A stretch of 64,000 nucleotides of DNA from the human T2T-CHM13v2.0 reference genome, Homo sapiens (GCA_009914755.4 CP068257.2:37248001-37312000), one strand, 5' to 3'. Positions 23,901-36,829 are shown, counted from the first letter of the stretch. Translations and numbers: made by a program. The notes: generated from the sequence alone by a model not told the origin.

Positions 23901-25731
23901 TCACTTAAATGGCTAGCTTTATTTTCTATGAGCAATTCAAATATAATTGTTAAGAATGAGTAAATCAGGTAAATGTAAATGCAATAAACAAGAATAAAAG
24001 TTGTCATCATTTCAAAAACCTTTTTAGTAAGTTAAAAGGTTTTTAGAAAACTTTGAGAACATACCATTCATTGGACTGGTTAAAATTCCAGAACTCTAAT
24101 GAAAAAAAAATTGACTCATAAAATTGCTAACCTAATGTCAAGCAGAACAAGAATTAATTACATAGAGCTGAAATGGTGAAGGACTGAAATAATTTTTTAT
24201 GATTCTTTTGTTTGAAACATTGCTTATCCTTTTCAAGTTTTATTTTTGAGAGTTAAGAAAACTGTTTTCTCTTAAGCTATCTATAGCTTTACAGTAAAAG
24301 CTATAGACAAAGTATATTTCTGTGAAAAAAGTTGAAACATTTACCTTTCTCTCTACCTGATCCCTTCAGAATTCAGAAATTCTTCATGAGTATTCTTACT
24401 TTATGGCTTTACAATTATTTCATAAGTTCAGTAAGAACTCATTCTCTTTTATAACAAGACACAACTGGAAACACTGGTTATTTTACCAAGGCTCTGACTG
24501 AAATACAATATTTTTAGATATGATCAGATTGCTTTGAGGACTGAAGTTGACTTTTGTGGAGCCGATAAAATGTCCCTTGGAGAGACTGGCCTTGTACCTT
24601 GTCTACATGATTCCCTTACAAGCTTCCTGATTTTGTGGTGAGTAATGAATGTCACCTTATGACAGGCCCATGAACCTCAAGTTATTTGAGGGACCTTGAG
24701 AAAAGAGGTATTCATCCATTTATACAGGTATTACAGACACAGTCTGAGACTGAGTCAGATTTTTGGCTTGACTTCTTAACATAGCTAGGAAGCCAAGGGG
24801 CTTTTTAAAAAGTCTAATCTGAGATTCTTTATGAAAATATTCCAGCAAAGCCAACTTAGAACAAGCCTATAGGGTCATTCATCATTCTTACTAAACTTTT
24901 GTAAATAATCAGGTCAAAGACTAAACTTAAACAAAACAGTCTGTCTATGATTATCTTTGGTTGAAATGGGAGGATTCGAGAGAAAAAATTATGTCATAGA
25001 AAAAAACTTCACATATGCCTGTTATTACATTCTAGCCTTGTCCATTTGTTTCTGAGCTTTGTATCTGGACTGAATCACACATTTTTATTTTCCTCCAATA
25101 TATGGCTGAGACACTCAGACTAATGTTTCCAATTTTTCTTCCACCCTTCTGACTTAGAATTATTAGAAACTAAAACTGCCTTTTTCCTGAGGCTGAAGCT
25201 AGTCAACTTGGCTTTGAAGGAATATTATTGCAACAGCTTATATTTGGACAAAACTTTCTACACGCAAAATGCAGGCTACAAAAATCTGTCAGATTGCCAC
25301 TAATCTTCTCAACTGACTGTCCTCCAGACTCTAAAGAAACTAGTTTATAAATTATTTCACCCATTAACATTTGTTTTTTGTTTCTGTTTCCATAAAAGCC
25401 CTCTTATTAAAGCTCTATTTGCCTACATCATATATAGAGGCCTAGCTTTGAGAATCTATCTACAATGCCATCTTTTAAAATGAAACACACTTGTTTAATT
25501 GGACTGGCCAATTTCCAGAAATAAGAGACTAGTTTAATTGGATTTTTGAAAGTGCTTAGATTTGTTCTTTCTTTATGTATTCATTCTCATCATAATCTAT
25601 GTTCTTTTCTCCCTTTACAGATCGCTTGCCACTGGATTACTAATCTGATTTCTCTCTCCATAGCTACCAATCCTACTTTAATATGTGAAACCTTTTGAAA
25701 ATAAAGCTTCAAACAGGAGACTAAAAAATCA

Positions 25732-26252
25732 ATATTTCACCCCAAAATATTGCTGATCTAAAGAAGCAGCTCAAGTTCTAACTCCTTCCCCCATCTCCCA
25801 GTCCTCTGTCCTCCCCAAAGCATAGGATAAAGCTGTTCTCTAAAATTCCCTCATCTATCTAGAAACTGGACCTACCAAAGAGGAACACAATTGCCTGCCT
25901 CGAAATTTTATTAACCAGAGAAGACTAAAATTCATATCACAGAGGAAGAATCCCAAACCATTTCTTCTTTCTGCCCCATTCCAATTTCCAAATGGTTAGT
26001 AAATTTCCAATTTACTAACCATTGTCGGACCATTAGGCCCATTTATTTCCACCTAAAAATCATTTATTATCCCTCAGATTGCCACACTTCCCCCATTTTC
26101 CCTTCCCCTGTGAAGAAGGGGCTATAAGTATCTGTACCCCATTGGGTTATTGGGCAATCATTCTCCTGCAACTCCCCTGTGCTATGCACATTAAAATAAA
26201 GTTTGTATGCCTTTTTCTCCTACTAATCTGCCTTTTGTCAGTTGATTTTCAG
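25732..26252 (+). repeat. Copy B of the ~530 bp LTR-like repeat (see 19481-20017)
   Basis: atatttcaccccaaaatattgctgatctaaagaagcag...ctagaaactggacctaccaaagaggaacaca...attaaccagagaagactaaaattcatatca...cctgcaactcccctgtgctatgcacattaaaataaagtttgtatgcc...gttgattttcag. Confidence 0.6.
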
Positions 26253-26482
26253 TGAACTTTCAGTGAACCTGTAATTTTTTCTTCTGTATTATTCAATTTA
26301 CTCATATTACTTCCACTAATTTTTTAATTTCATTTATTGTATTTTTCATCACTTGAAATTGCATTTGGTTCTTTTAAATTTATTCAATTCTGTCCTCACT
26401 ATGTTTTTATTTTCTTTTAAGTACCTAAATGTATTTATAATACCTGTTGTAGGGTCCTTGTCTGCTAATTCCATAATCTCTG

Positions 26483-26859
26483 TGTATTAGTCCATTCTCA
26501 CACTGCTATAAGGACATACCCAAGACTGGGTAATTTATAAAGGAAAGAGGTTTAATTGACTCACAGTTCAGCATAGCTGGGGAAGCCTCAGGAAACTTAC
26601 AATCATAGCAGAAGGGGAAGCAAACACATCCTTCTTCACATGATGGCAGGGAGAAGAAGAATGAGAGCCAAGTAAAGGGGGTAGCCCCTTATAAAACCAT
26701 CAGATCTCGTGAGAATTTACTCACTATCATGAAAACAGGATGGGGGAAACCACCCCCATGATTCAATTATCTCCACCTGGTCCCTCCCACAACACATGGG
26801 GATTATGTGAACTACAATTCAAGATGAGATTTGGGTGGGAACACAGCCAAACCATATCA
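26483..26859 (-). mobile_element. THE1-type (ERVL-MaLR) solo LTR, antisense
   Basis: tgtattagtccattctcacactgctataaggacatacccaagactgggtaatttataaaggaaagaggtttaattgactcacagttc...accatcagatctcgtgagaatttactcactatcatgaaaacag...cccacaacacatggggattatgtgaactacaattcaagatgagatttgggtgggaacacagccaaaccatatca. This is the reverse complement of the THE1 consensus architecture. Confidence 0.8.
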
Positions 26860-28072
26860 CTCTGTCCTTTCTGATTTGCTTCTAATGGTTAATATTTCTC
26901 CTAGTTATTATTCACGTTTTCTTTTTGCTTCTTGTAGTTTTTAGCAGGATACTATAAATGGTATGTTTTGGGGCTTGCATTTTGCCATTTCCCTTTATAG
27001 AGTGGTGGGCTTTGTTTTGAAAAACATCTAAGTCATTTGAAGATTAGACTGATCCCTTGGAGACCTGTTTTTGTTTAAAGCTTTTCTAGGGTAGATGTAG
27101 AATAATGTTGCTCCACCAATAATTTGGTCCTATCAGTACTGCGTGACTGCCCTGGGGTACTCAGTGACCACTCCAGGGTGTTGCTGAGGACTCTCCACTC
27201 TGACAAGCCAGACCATAAACATCTGCCTTCCTTGTGTGATGGGCATTCAGTCAGCTCACAGCTCACTGGTCATGCTTTGCCCATCTTTGTTGACATTCAC
27301 TCTGCACAGGAACAGCCTAAAACTCAGCAAACACTCATGAAGACCCTCTGCAAATTTCTGCAGTGGTTTCTCTGGGTAGTTCCCTCCACTTTGGAAATCA
27401 TCTTTACAATGTCTTATAGGTTCAGCCTCCTTGAACTCTGATCTCTATCCTTTCAACTCTGAGGCCACTGGGCCCCGTTCGGGTTGCTGCTTCTGCGACC
27501 ATGGTCTGAAAAACGCCTCCAGGTAGAAAGGTGTTTATCTGTTGTTAGGGATCACAGTACTGTGCTATCTATTGTCCAATGTCTGAATACAGTTGTCTAA
27601 TCTATTTTGTCCTGTTTCGAAGCTTTTTATAGGAAAAGAAGTTCATGTCTTGCTATTTCCTCATGGCCTGAGGTGAAGTCCTCCTTATTTTGTTCACTTC
27701 CCTTTGTTTCCATAATTATTTCTCCCTTATCATTTCTTTATATTTGTGTTTTCTCCCTTATTTTCTTAAATAGGTTTGTCTGCTTTGTTGTTTTTTTAAT
27801 GAACTAAATTTGAATGTATTATACCTACTGTTTTTTAAGTTTCTAACTCATTAATTGTTGCTTTTATCTATTATCTCCTTTCTTCTGATTTTTTTTTGAG
27901 TTTGCTTCCTAAAATCTGTTGAGTTTGAAACACTTATATATTCTGTTTTTAAATTTTTTTAAATTTTTACTGAGGCTAGGACTATACTTCATATAATGAG
28001 TGTACCATGAATAAATCTGTGTCAAGTGAACAATCTTCTTGGTGACATTCAAATAGGAATCTCATGCATTAC

Positions 28073-29035
28073 TTTTTTAAATAACAGCTTTATTGAGGTT
28101 TAACTCACCTATCACAAAATTCACCTTTTTAAGGTTTACAATTCAGTGGTTTTTAATGTACTCACAGAGTTATACAACCTCACCACTCTCTCATTTTAGA
28201 ACATTTTTGTCACCCTAAAAAGAAAAACTGCACCCATCGGCAGTCTTTCCCCATCTTACCCTCAGTTCCTGGCAACTACTAATCTGTTTTATGTCCCAAT
28301 GGACTTGCCTTTTATGGACATGCAATAGGAATGGGATTATACAATTTGTGACATTTTGTGACTGGTTCCTTTCATGTACTGTTTTCAAGAGTCATCCATG
28401 TTTAGTATGTATCAGTACTGCCTTCCTTTTTATGGTGAATGATGTACCATATTTGTTTATCTTTTATCAGTTGATGCATATTTGGGCTTTTTGACTCTTT
28501 GGCTATTATGAATAATGCTGCTTTGAACATTTGCATAGATGTTTTTGCATCAACATATGTTTTCAGTACTCATGGGGCCGAATTGCTGGGTCATATGGTA
28601 ACTTTAACTTTTTGAGGAATTGCCAAACTTGTTTCCAAAACAACTGCATAATTTAAATTCCCACCAACAATGAATGAGGGGTCCAGTTTCTCCACATCTT
28701 TGTCAACACTTGTTATTGTCTTTTTTTTTTTTAGTTTAACCATCCTAGTGGTGTGACGTGTATCACATTGAGGTTTTGATTTGCATTTCTCAAAAGACTA
28801 ATGGTGGGCATCTTTCCAACGTGCTATTGACTATTTGTATATCTTACATTTTATCTTACATTTTCAATTCTTACATCTAGACTTCTGTAAGAGGCCTATG
28901 ATCCATTTTTTTTATGATCCATTTTGAGTTAAGTTTTGTGTATGCTATGAGGTAAGGTCCCAACTTCATTCTTTTGTATGTAGATATCTAATTGTTCCAG
29001 CACCATTTGTTGAAAAGCCATGCAGCATTTTTGTC
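28073..29035 (-). mobile_element. LINE-1 3' end (ancient L1M, L1MB/MC-like), antisense
   Basis: ttttttaaataacagctttattgaggtttaactcacctatcacaaaattcacctttttaaggtttacaattcagtggtttttaatgtactcacagagttatacaacctcaccactctctcattttagaacatttttgtcaccc...tggcaactactaatctgttttatgtcccaatggacttgccttttatggacatgcaataggaatgggattatacaatttgtgac...tggggccgaattgctgggtcatatggtaac...cccaccaacaatgaatgaggggtccagtttctccacatc...tagcaccatttgttgaaaag. Confidence 0.75.
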
Positions 29036-31019
29036 AAAGAAAAAAGTCTCTAATATATAAATGGCTATAATTTTATGAAATCATAGCACATTGCCTCTAG
29101 AATTCTGCTTAGAAGTAATTTATTTCAAATGTCCTCAAACGGGTCAGCTAATTTACCGAGAGCATCGATTCTGCCCCCAGCTCATGCCCCCAGGATCTAT
29201 ACCAACCTAGAAACTGTGCAGCTGGTCCTCTACTGTGTTGATGATCAGAATTCCCTTCTCCTTTTTCTCCCCACATATTTTTATTTCCACCTTGATACTA
29301 AAACTCTCAGAAAACTAGTAGATGTGCAGGGATCAGGGGAGTGATGTGGTGTGAAGGGTTTAGGGAGAAATTGTTAGTAACACATTTCATTTGAGAAAAT
29401 AAATTTCTTTTAGGGAAGATGAAGGCAAGAGGAGCTCTAGAGTGAGCAAGAAGGGATTGGTGATTTTTTTTTTATATCATTCTTTGGCACAGAGTTCTAG
29501 GAAATCAGTTGTGTGATAGGAGACCCACTCCTGTATAGCAAAGCTACCATGGATGAAGGCCTTCTAGACCTGGGATTGTAGGAGTTCTAACCATCACTAA
29601 ACTTCTTTAGTGCGGCAGATTTTTCGCTGACTCCACTGCCATTCCTGCTTGATTCTAGTGAGGCTTCTGATATAACAATGCTAGAAAACTAAAAACCCCA
29701 CTTACCAGAGCCAGGATTTTGTACGTGGATGAGATTCTTCCAAGCAGATGTCCACATACGAGACTAGGAGGGTTTGAGCAATGGGAGGCAGTGGCCAGGC
29801 TCAGGGACACTGGAGGTCTTTGCAAGCAACAGACACGTTGGTTCTCCTGGGGCAGTTCTAGAAGAGTTTCCAGAGTCTGGTTCCTAGAAACTTAGGTACG
29901 GAGCAGTACGTGGTGGCAACCATGGTGTTTCCACTAGAAGAGCTCCATGTAAGATGGGGCATTTCCCTTGATTGCCATTGTTTCTAAGTGTGCAGCAATC
30001 AAATCTTATTTCCTGGGTCCTGGTGAAGTTCTGTAAGAATCATCGTATCATCTGATAAATCATTTTCTTCTCAGAGTAACCAGAGTGCATTCTGTTGTCT
30101 GCCACTATGAGCCATAACCAGTGACCTCCTTAACAAAGATAGGGAAGTTAACACATTCTTACGTAGGCCATCATCAAGGCTAGATAAATGTTTCTTCTAA
30201 GAGTAAATCTAAAAGGAAAACATCAATATGTGCCATTGGGAATAAAATATTTTTTAAAAACTGAAAGAAAAACAACCCCAACAACTCAGAAGGGGATGGA
30301 GAGACTTTTGAAGATGATTTACTGCACAAACCAGAAATAAATTATTTTGGAAACTCAAAATGATTTACTAGAGATACCAGAAGTAAATTATTTTCGAAAC
30401 AGTGTGCCATCACTAATAGAATACACAAAGACAGCAACTCCATGAAACAAAATCAGAAACCAAAACCAAAGAACAGGCTGCAAAGGAAGGGGAAAGAAGA
30501 TGAGCATTAAAGACAGAAAGATGGCAGGTTGTGTGCTCCACAAGGAGCACATTTTGCACTAACACCACAAGAGTCTGGCTCAGTGAATGGGGATTGATAG
30601 TAGTTTAAATGTCTGAGAGCTTTGAGGAGGGATTAAAACATGTGAAAAATGGAGACGAGCTCACTCCACAGGTCTGATGTAGGCGATGCTGGCCCAGGAA
30701 GTTCTGTGCATGGTGGCACCCCTGTGACACCCATGGAAGGCCATGTCTGATCTCCAGTTCCACAGAGATCCTGAAGAGACAGAAAGGGAAGAGCAGCTGC
30801 TGCGGAAAAGGTTGTGGCCAGGGAGGAATTTCAGGGAGAATGGACTGCTCCAGTTCCTGAGTTGACTGCTCTCCAAGCTGAGGCTGCAGACTGGGCTATA
30901 GGTGTAGGTGGCCTCTGGGCCCATTCAGCTGATCCCTACTGAAGTCTAAGGGGCTCAGTCTCCCACTGAAGGCTGATCTGCAGCTCCCACTGCCCAGCCA
31001 CTGAGGGGTCTTAACTGTT

Positions 31020-33000
31020 TTTCCACAGGCTCTTACACAGAAAACAGAAAAAAGGTGAATGGAAAATTAACATCAGTTTTTTAAAAAGTAAGACGAGCCA
31101 AGACAACCAGATGAGAAGATAAACATGATTGGTGAGATAAGAAAGGATTCTAAGAAAACAATTGCAATAAGATAAATATGTTTTAGAGGAGGCTGGGAGT
31201 ATAGTGTCAAATTTGATGTAGTGCAATATTTGGCTCTTTAAAAAATATAATAAACCCTAAGCAAATATAATTAAGAAAACAGAAAAAATGAACAAATAAC
31301 AAAAGAGAAAGGCAAAATGATAAGCTTCCGATAAACATAAGCAGGAAAAATGGGCAAATAAGAAATCAGAAATAAGAAATGTCAAGGGAAAAAAGAGTTG
31401 GAAGGAGAAAGGTATAATAACAGAAATGGAGGCAACATATCAACTGATTATAATGTATGTACTCAAACTGTATAAAAGCAAAAGATCATTGGAGAAACAT
31501 GAACATTGAATGAATATTTGATGACATCAAGAAATTATTGCCAACGTTTTAGGTAGGTAGTGATATTTTCACTATTTTTAGGTCCATATATTTTAGAGCT
31601 ACATGATGAAATATTTAAAGATGAAATTATGATGGTGGAATTTGTTCAAAATAATGGGAGAGGGGGTGGCAGTGAATGACAAAATGAATGGGGATATAAG
31701 TAGAATGAAGTTTTCATGAACTGACTAATGTTGAAGCTAGAAGATGGGACAATAGTTAATTGTACTATCTTCTCTAATTTTATATAATAAAAAGTTTTTA
31801 AAATTAAACTGAGCTGAGAACAAAAGTGATAGGAGATTATGATATTCTACCTTGCAAAATATAATTTAAAATCTTAAAATTAAGCACACTTTTCTGGGCA
31901 TGTTACCAAAATTGACATAAGAGAAAAATTTAAATGTGAATATATTACTAGCCACAAAAGAAATTTAAAATACAATTAACATATGTCAAAAGTTTCTTTC
32001 ACAAATTTGAGGAATCAGGTTGTATCAACTCTTCTAGAAAATAGAAAAAGATGGAAAGCTACACAATCGATTTCATGAAGCTAAATTAATCTTGATTTCT
32101 GTACCTAACAAAGATAATGCAATAAAGAAAAGAAAATCATGAGCTAGTCTCACTTAGGAGTAATTTTTAAATCCTAAATAAAGTAGCGGCAAAATAAATA
32201 GTATCCTAAAGGAATTTTCTATCATGATCAAGGAAAGCATATCTTATCTTGGGAATGCAAAAGCATTCAATTTTAGAAAATTCAACGTTATAATACTTTA
32301 TGTCAGCGGTCCCCACATTTATTAGGATTTAAAGGGCATTAAATAACACCTAAAACACATTCTCACATTGTTAAAAATCCTTAGGGAAAATGAGAACTCA
32401 AGGATACTTCTTTCACATCATAATTATGTAAACGTAAACAAGTGGCCAGCATATGAAACATTAAAAGTATTCCTGTTAAAACCAGAAACAAGGCAGGTGT
32501 GTCTACTATTTCACCTTGCTCAAGAAGATCAGAGTCATGTAATAAGACTGGAAGTAGAACTATGAACCATAACTAAGAGAAAGGAGGTGATTAAAAGTTC
32601 ATTATAAACTAACAACATGGCTGGATAACCTAAACACCCAAGGGATTCAACTCTAAGCACTTTGAATTGAAAAAAAAAACAAAGTAAAGGGACCAGATTA
32701 AAAAATAATAATAAACGTACAACAGTCCATTGCTTTTCCATACACCAACATGAAGCAAACAAAAATATACTCTCATTGGTGAAAAAGATTTCATTCTTAT
32801 TCAGAACATGAAGAAAAAAAAACTATTGAGATACAATACAAACATAATCAACAAACAGAACAAAATGAAATGCTACACAGCCGGTAAAAATCTGTAACAG
32901 TAAGTGAAAATCACTCTGGAGAAAAAAATAAAATAAAATAAAAAAACAAACAAAGCCCAGTATCCATGAATATATTCACTATGATTCTTTTTTTATAGAC
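31020..33000 (+). mobile_element. LINE-1 fragment (ORF1/ORF2 N-terminal region), ancient, sense. Boundaries are uncertain.
   Basis: A-rich L1-like sequence, e.g. ...gaggaatcaggttgtatcaactcttctagaaaatagaaaaagatggaaagctacacaatcgatttcatgaagctaaattaatcttgatttctgtacctaacaaagataatgcaataaagaaaag... (compare the L1 ORF2 N-terminus). Confidence 0.5.
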
Positions 33001-33959
33001 TACAGGTTAGATATAATGTTAGAAAATAAAAACAAAAATAATGGCAAGTAAACCTATGAGATTTTAATAGTAATTATTTTTGTGAGATCAATTTTTAGAT
33101 CAACCTTATTTTCTGTATGCATTCATGCTATATTATCTACAACAAGCAAGTATTACTTTTGAGATCAGATCAGGAAAGAATTTTAATTTGTTGAGTTGAC
33201 TTGAGATAAAAAAATTAACCAATAAATTCACTGGCTACATATGATTTTCAAGATTTCTGAATCACCCTGGGGATGAGAGCTTTTCTAAAACATGGGGTTA
33301 GCACACAGGAGCCATAGGTCTGAGGCAAAGTTCAAATGGATGAGAATGGAAACGTTGCTCTGGCTTACCCAAGCTGGCCAGTCTGTCTAGAACTAATTTA
33401 AGAACATAAAGATGACATCATTGCAGGTGTTCTTTCAAAGTGGAGCACCCATTTATAATGCTTCTGGCTGACAAAATTGGAAAGGAGACAAGGTTTAAAA
33501 AGCCTCAGATATTCTTTTTGTCGATGCTCACCATCTTTATCTTCAAATAAAACTATTTATATTTCTTCTGTCTGCCCCTTGGGCTCTGGTTCTTGGTTAA
33601 GAAATGTCTCATAAATTTCAGAAGAGGAGGAAAACAGAAGGTGATGGTACAGAACATTCTATTTTCAAGACTATAAATATTTCAACTTCTCGAAGAGATC
33701 ACCTATCATGAAAACTTCAGATCTTCCTAAGTAAGTCTTATAAAAATTAACTATAAAGTTTATGACAGTTTCCACAATCAAGTACTGTATGCCAGATTGG
33801 CTTAAAGCATTTAGAAATGAGCAGCCTGAATGTTGGCAAAAGGTCACATACTGGAAAAGAGTAATGTCCAATTCAAAAAGTGAAAAGTAAGAGACGCTGC
33901 CAATCCAAAAATTGAATGCCCAAACTTTACTGAATTCTGTTAATAAAATCAACAAGTTG

Positions 33960-35040
33960 TTCCACTGTACAGGCAGGGTTACTACTTTATGCTGATAATC
34001 CAATAAGTGTTTATTAAGCACCTGCTATTTACAAAGCACTGTGCTGGACGCTGTAGAGAGAATTGATAAAATATCTCAAGGAACTTAGAAGGTAACCAGG
34101 GAAAAGGACAAGTACAAAAATAAATAATAGAACTCTTACCAATTAACGTGAGCAACCAAATAACCTGATTTTAAACATGGGCAAAAGAACAGACACTTAA
34201 CAGAAGAACATGTAGGAATGGTCAGGAAGCACATGACAGGTCGCTCAGCACCATTAGTCATCAGAGAAACGGAAATTAAAACTACATCAAGATGCCATTT
34301 CACACCCACTAGAGTCGCTCAAATAAAAATGATTGACAATGCCAAATGTTGGCCAAGATGTAGAGAAACCGGAACTATCTTATATTACTAGGGGAGAGTA
34401 ATGGTACAATCATGTTAAAAAACTGTTTGGCAATTCTCTTAAAGCTACCCTATTGCCCAGCAATTCCATTTCTAGGTATGAATACTTACCCCAAAGAAAT
34501 GAAAACCTATGTCTACAGAAAGCGTATGCAAGAATGTTTATAGCTGCTTTATTTACAATAGCCTTCTTCCCCAAAATGACAAATGTCCATCAACAGGAGG
34601 ATGGGTAAACAAACTGTGGTATAGTCATACAGTAGAATACTATTGAGCAATTAAATAGAACAAGTTACTAATAGGTGCAACAACATGGGCACATCTCAAA
34701 AACTCCACTTTGAGAGACAGAAGTCACACACACAAAGAATACATGTTGGAAGAATTCATTTGTTTGAAACTCTAGAACAGGCAAAACTGTTCTATGAGGT
34801 TAAAGCTATGGTGATAGAAGTCAAAAAGTGGCTGCCTCCAAGATTGTGGGGGTGGATCAACAATTCACTGGAAAGGGAGAGAAGAGGAAGTTCTGGGGTG
34901 GTGGATGTGTTCTGAATCTTGATTGGGATGATGGTTACACAGGTGTACAATTGTCCAAACTTATCAAACTAAGCATGTAAGATCTGTGCATTTTGTTGTA
35001 CTTAAATTATACTTCATTTTTTAATACTCAGAAAAGGTAA
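33960..35040 (+). mobile_element. LINE-1 3' end (ORF2 C-terminus plus 3' UTR), ancient L1M (L1MB/MC-like), sense. Same subfamily type as 28073-29035 but in the opposite orientation.
   Basis: ...gtcatcagagaaacggaaattaaaactacatcaagatgccatttcacacccactagagtcgctcaaat...ccaaatgttggccaagatgtagagaaaccggaac...ctaccctattgcccagcaattccatttctaggtatgaatacttaccccaaagaaatgaaaacctatgtctacagaaagcgtatgcaagaatgtttatagctgctttatttacaatagcc...gtccatcaacaggaggatgggtaaacaaactgtggtatagtcatacagtagaatactattgagcaattaaa. Confidence 0.75.
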
Positions 35041-35741
35041 AAATAGAAACAGTAGACATTTGACAGTTGTGAGTTTGCATTGCAAGGACTACAAAATTCC
35101 TCAAATTTGTTAATATCACCATAGAACAGGACTTCACAATAAAATGTTCACTTTCGCATGAAAGGGAGGAGGTCAGGGTGAGTATGGGATGATGAAGCCA
35201 CAGTGACGCCAGATGCCAGGTGAAAACAGGAACCCACCTCTGGGGCCCATTCCTGTAGTGCCTGAGACTCAAAGTTGGGCCTCATAAAAATTGTAACTCA
35301 TCGCACATCATGAATCTCTACACTAGCTTACAAAGGCTCAAAAGGGAGGATTTTAAATCCAAAAATGTAACTACTGTACAAGATAGAATATTAGAAACAT
35401 GAGAAGGAAGTTATAATATTTTAAATGAGGTCTAAAATGACAGCTAAATCTCTCCTCCTGAGTAGTAAAACCACATTAACTCATATAGTCACCACTCCTT
35501 GTATGAGTCTGGCCCCATCCAAAAGGGGTGGAGTTTAAATTGGTTCTATGATTTGAAACAAACACATGGAAAGCCCTACTGGGATATTTATTAGCTACAT
35601 TAAGATACACCCCTTAAGAACCTTTAAAAAAACTCTACCATGTTATCTGGTGTAGTTCTGCTCAGGATACCTTGTGGGAATATAAATGACAAAAATTTAA
35701 AATTGCCTTAGAAAAGAGTTTTCACATTGCTATGATCCAAA

Positions 35742-36438
35742 TGTTGGTGTCTTCCCAAAATTCATATGTTGGAACTTAATGCCTGATATGGTCTGGCTGT
35801 GTCCCCACCCAAATCTCGTCTTGAATTATAGTTCCCATAATTCCCACATGTTGTGGGAGGGACCTGTTGGGAGATAACTGAATCATGAGGGCGGTTTCCC
35901 CCAGACTGTTCTCGTGGTAGTGAATAAGTCTCACAAGATATGATGGTTTTATAAGGGGAAACCCCTTTTGCTTGGGTCTCATTCTCTCTTGCCTGCTGCC
36001 ATGTAAGACGTGACTTTCGCCTTCCACCATGAATGTGAGGCCTCCCCAGCCACGTGGAACTGTGAGTCCATTAAACCTCTTTTTCCTTATAAATTACCCA
36101 GTCTCAGGTATATCTTTATCAGCAGGTGGAAATGAACTAATGCAATGCCCAGTGTGATAGTATAAAGAAGTGGGGCCTTTTGGAGGTGATTTGCTCTTGA
36201 AGGCTCTGCCCTCATGAATGGGATTAGTGCCCTTATAAAAGAGGCCTGAGAGGGCCTCCTTGCCCTTTTTGCCATGTGAGGACACAGCAACAAGGCAGAG
36301 AACAAGTCCTTGCCAGACACAAATCTTCCTTGATCTTGGACTTCCCAACCTCCAGGACTGTGAGCAATAAATTTCTGTTGTTTATAAATTACCTAATCTA
36401 AGGTGTTATGCTATAGCAGCCCAAATGGATGAAGACAC
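35742..36438 (+). mobile_element. ERVL-MaLR LTR (MST/MLT1-like host element), split by the nested THE1 LTR below
   Basis: 5' part atgttggtgtcttcccaaaattcatatgttggaacttaatgcc (35742-35783). 3' part cagtgtgatagtataaagaagtggggccttttggaggtgatttgctcttgaaggctctgccctcatgaatgggattagtgcccttataaaagaggcctgagag...cttggacttcccaacctccaggactgtgagcaataaatttctgttgtttataaattacctaatctaaggtgttatgctatagcagcccaaatggatgaagacaca (36145-36438). The two parts are contiguous in the MST consensus architecture. Confidence 0.75.
35784..36144 (+). mobile_element. THE1-type solo LTR nested inside the MST-like LTR, flanked by a perfect 5-bp TSD ATGCC (35779-35783 and 36145-36149)
   Basis: tgatatggtctggctgtgtccccacccaaatctcgtcttgaattatagttcccataattcccacatgttgtgggagggacctgttgggagataactgaatcatgagggcgg... 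to ...gccacgtggaactgtgagtccattaaacctctttttccttataaattacccagtctcaggtatatctttatcagcaggtggaaatgaactaatgca. atgcc lies immediately before tgatatgg and immediately after aatgca. Confidence 0.85.
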
Positions 36439-36829
36439 ACATATTAGGCAATAATTATGTCAGTTAAATTTGGTGTGTTTACACCAAACGTCTTCAACAT
36501 TTTCCCTGCCCTAATATTTGCAAGGAGCACATTAAGTATCTGCCCATTAGCACAGATGCCTCCATAAGGCAGTGGTGTTAAAAGGAGGGGAATGGTGTAA
36601 AGATGTTCCCCGGTTGGTGGCAGGGGTAGGGGGTATGATATATAGTTTCCCTCCCCCACCATGAGAATTACTAATTCAATAAGGAATTAAATTAATCAAG
36701 TGCCAATATGCTTATTATGGCTTTTGTTTTTGCTTTTGGTTTTTTGCTCAGGTTCGAGGGCATCTTTGATTTTTCTCATTCTTCCCAAGACCTTACATGG
36801 TCTGGCCCCCGCATTCCTCCTTTGCCCCA

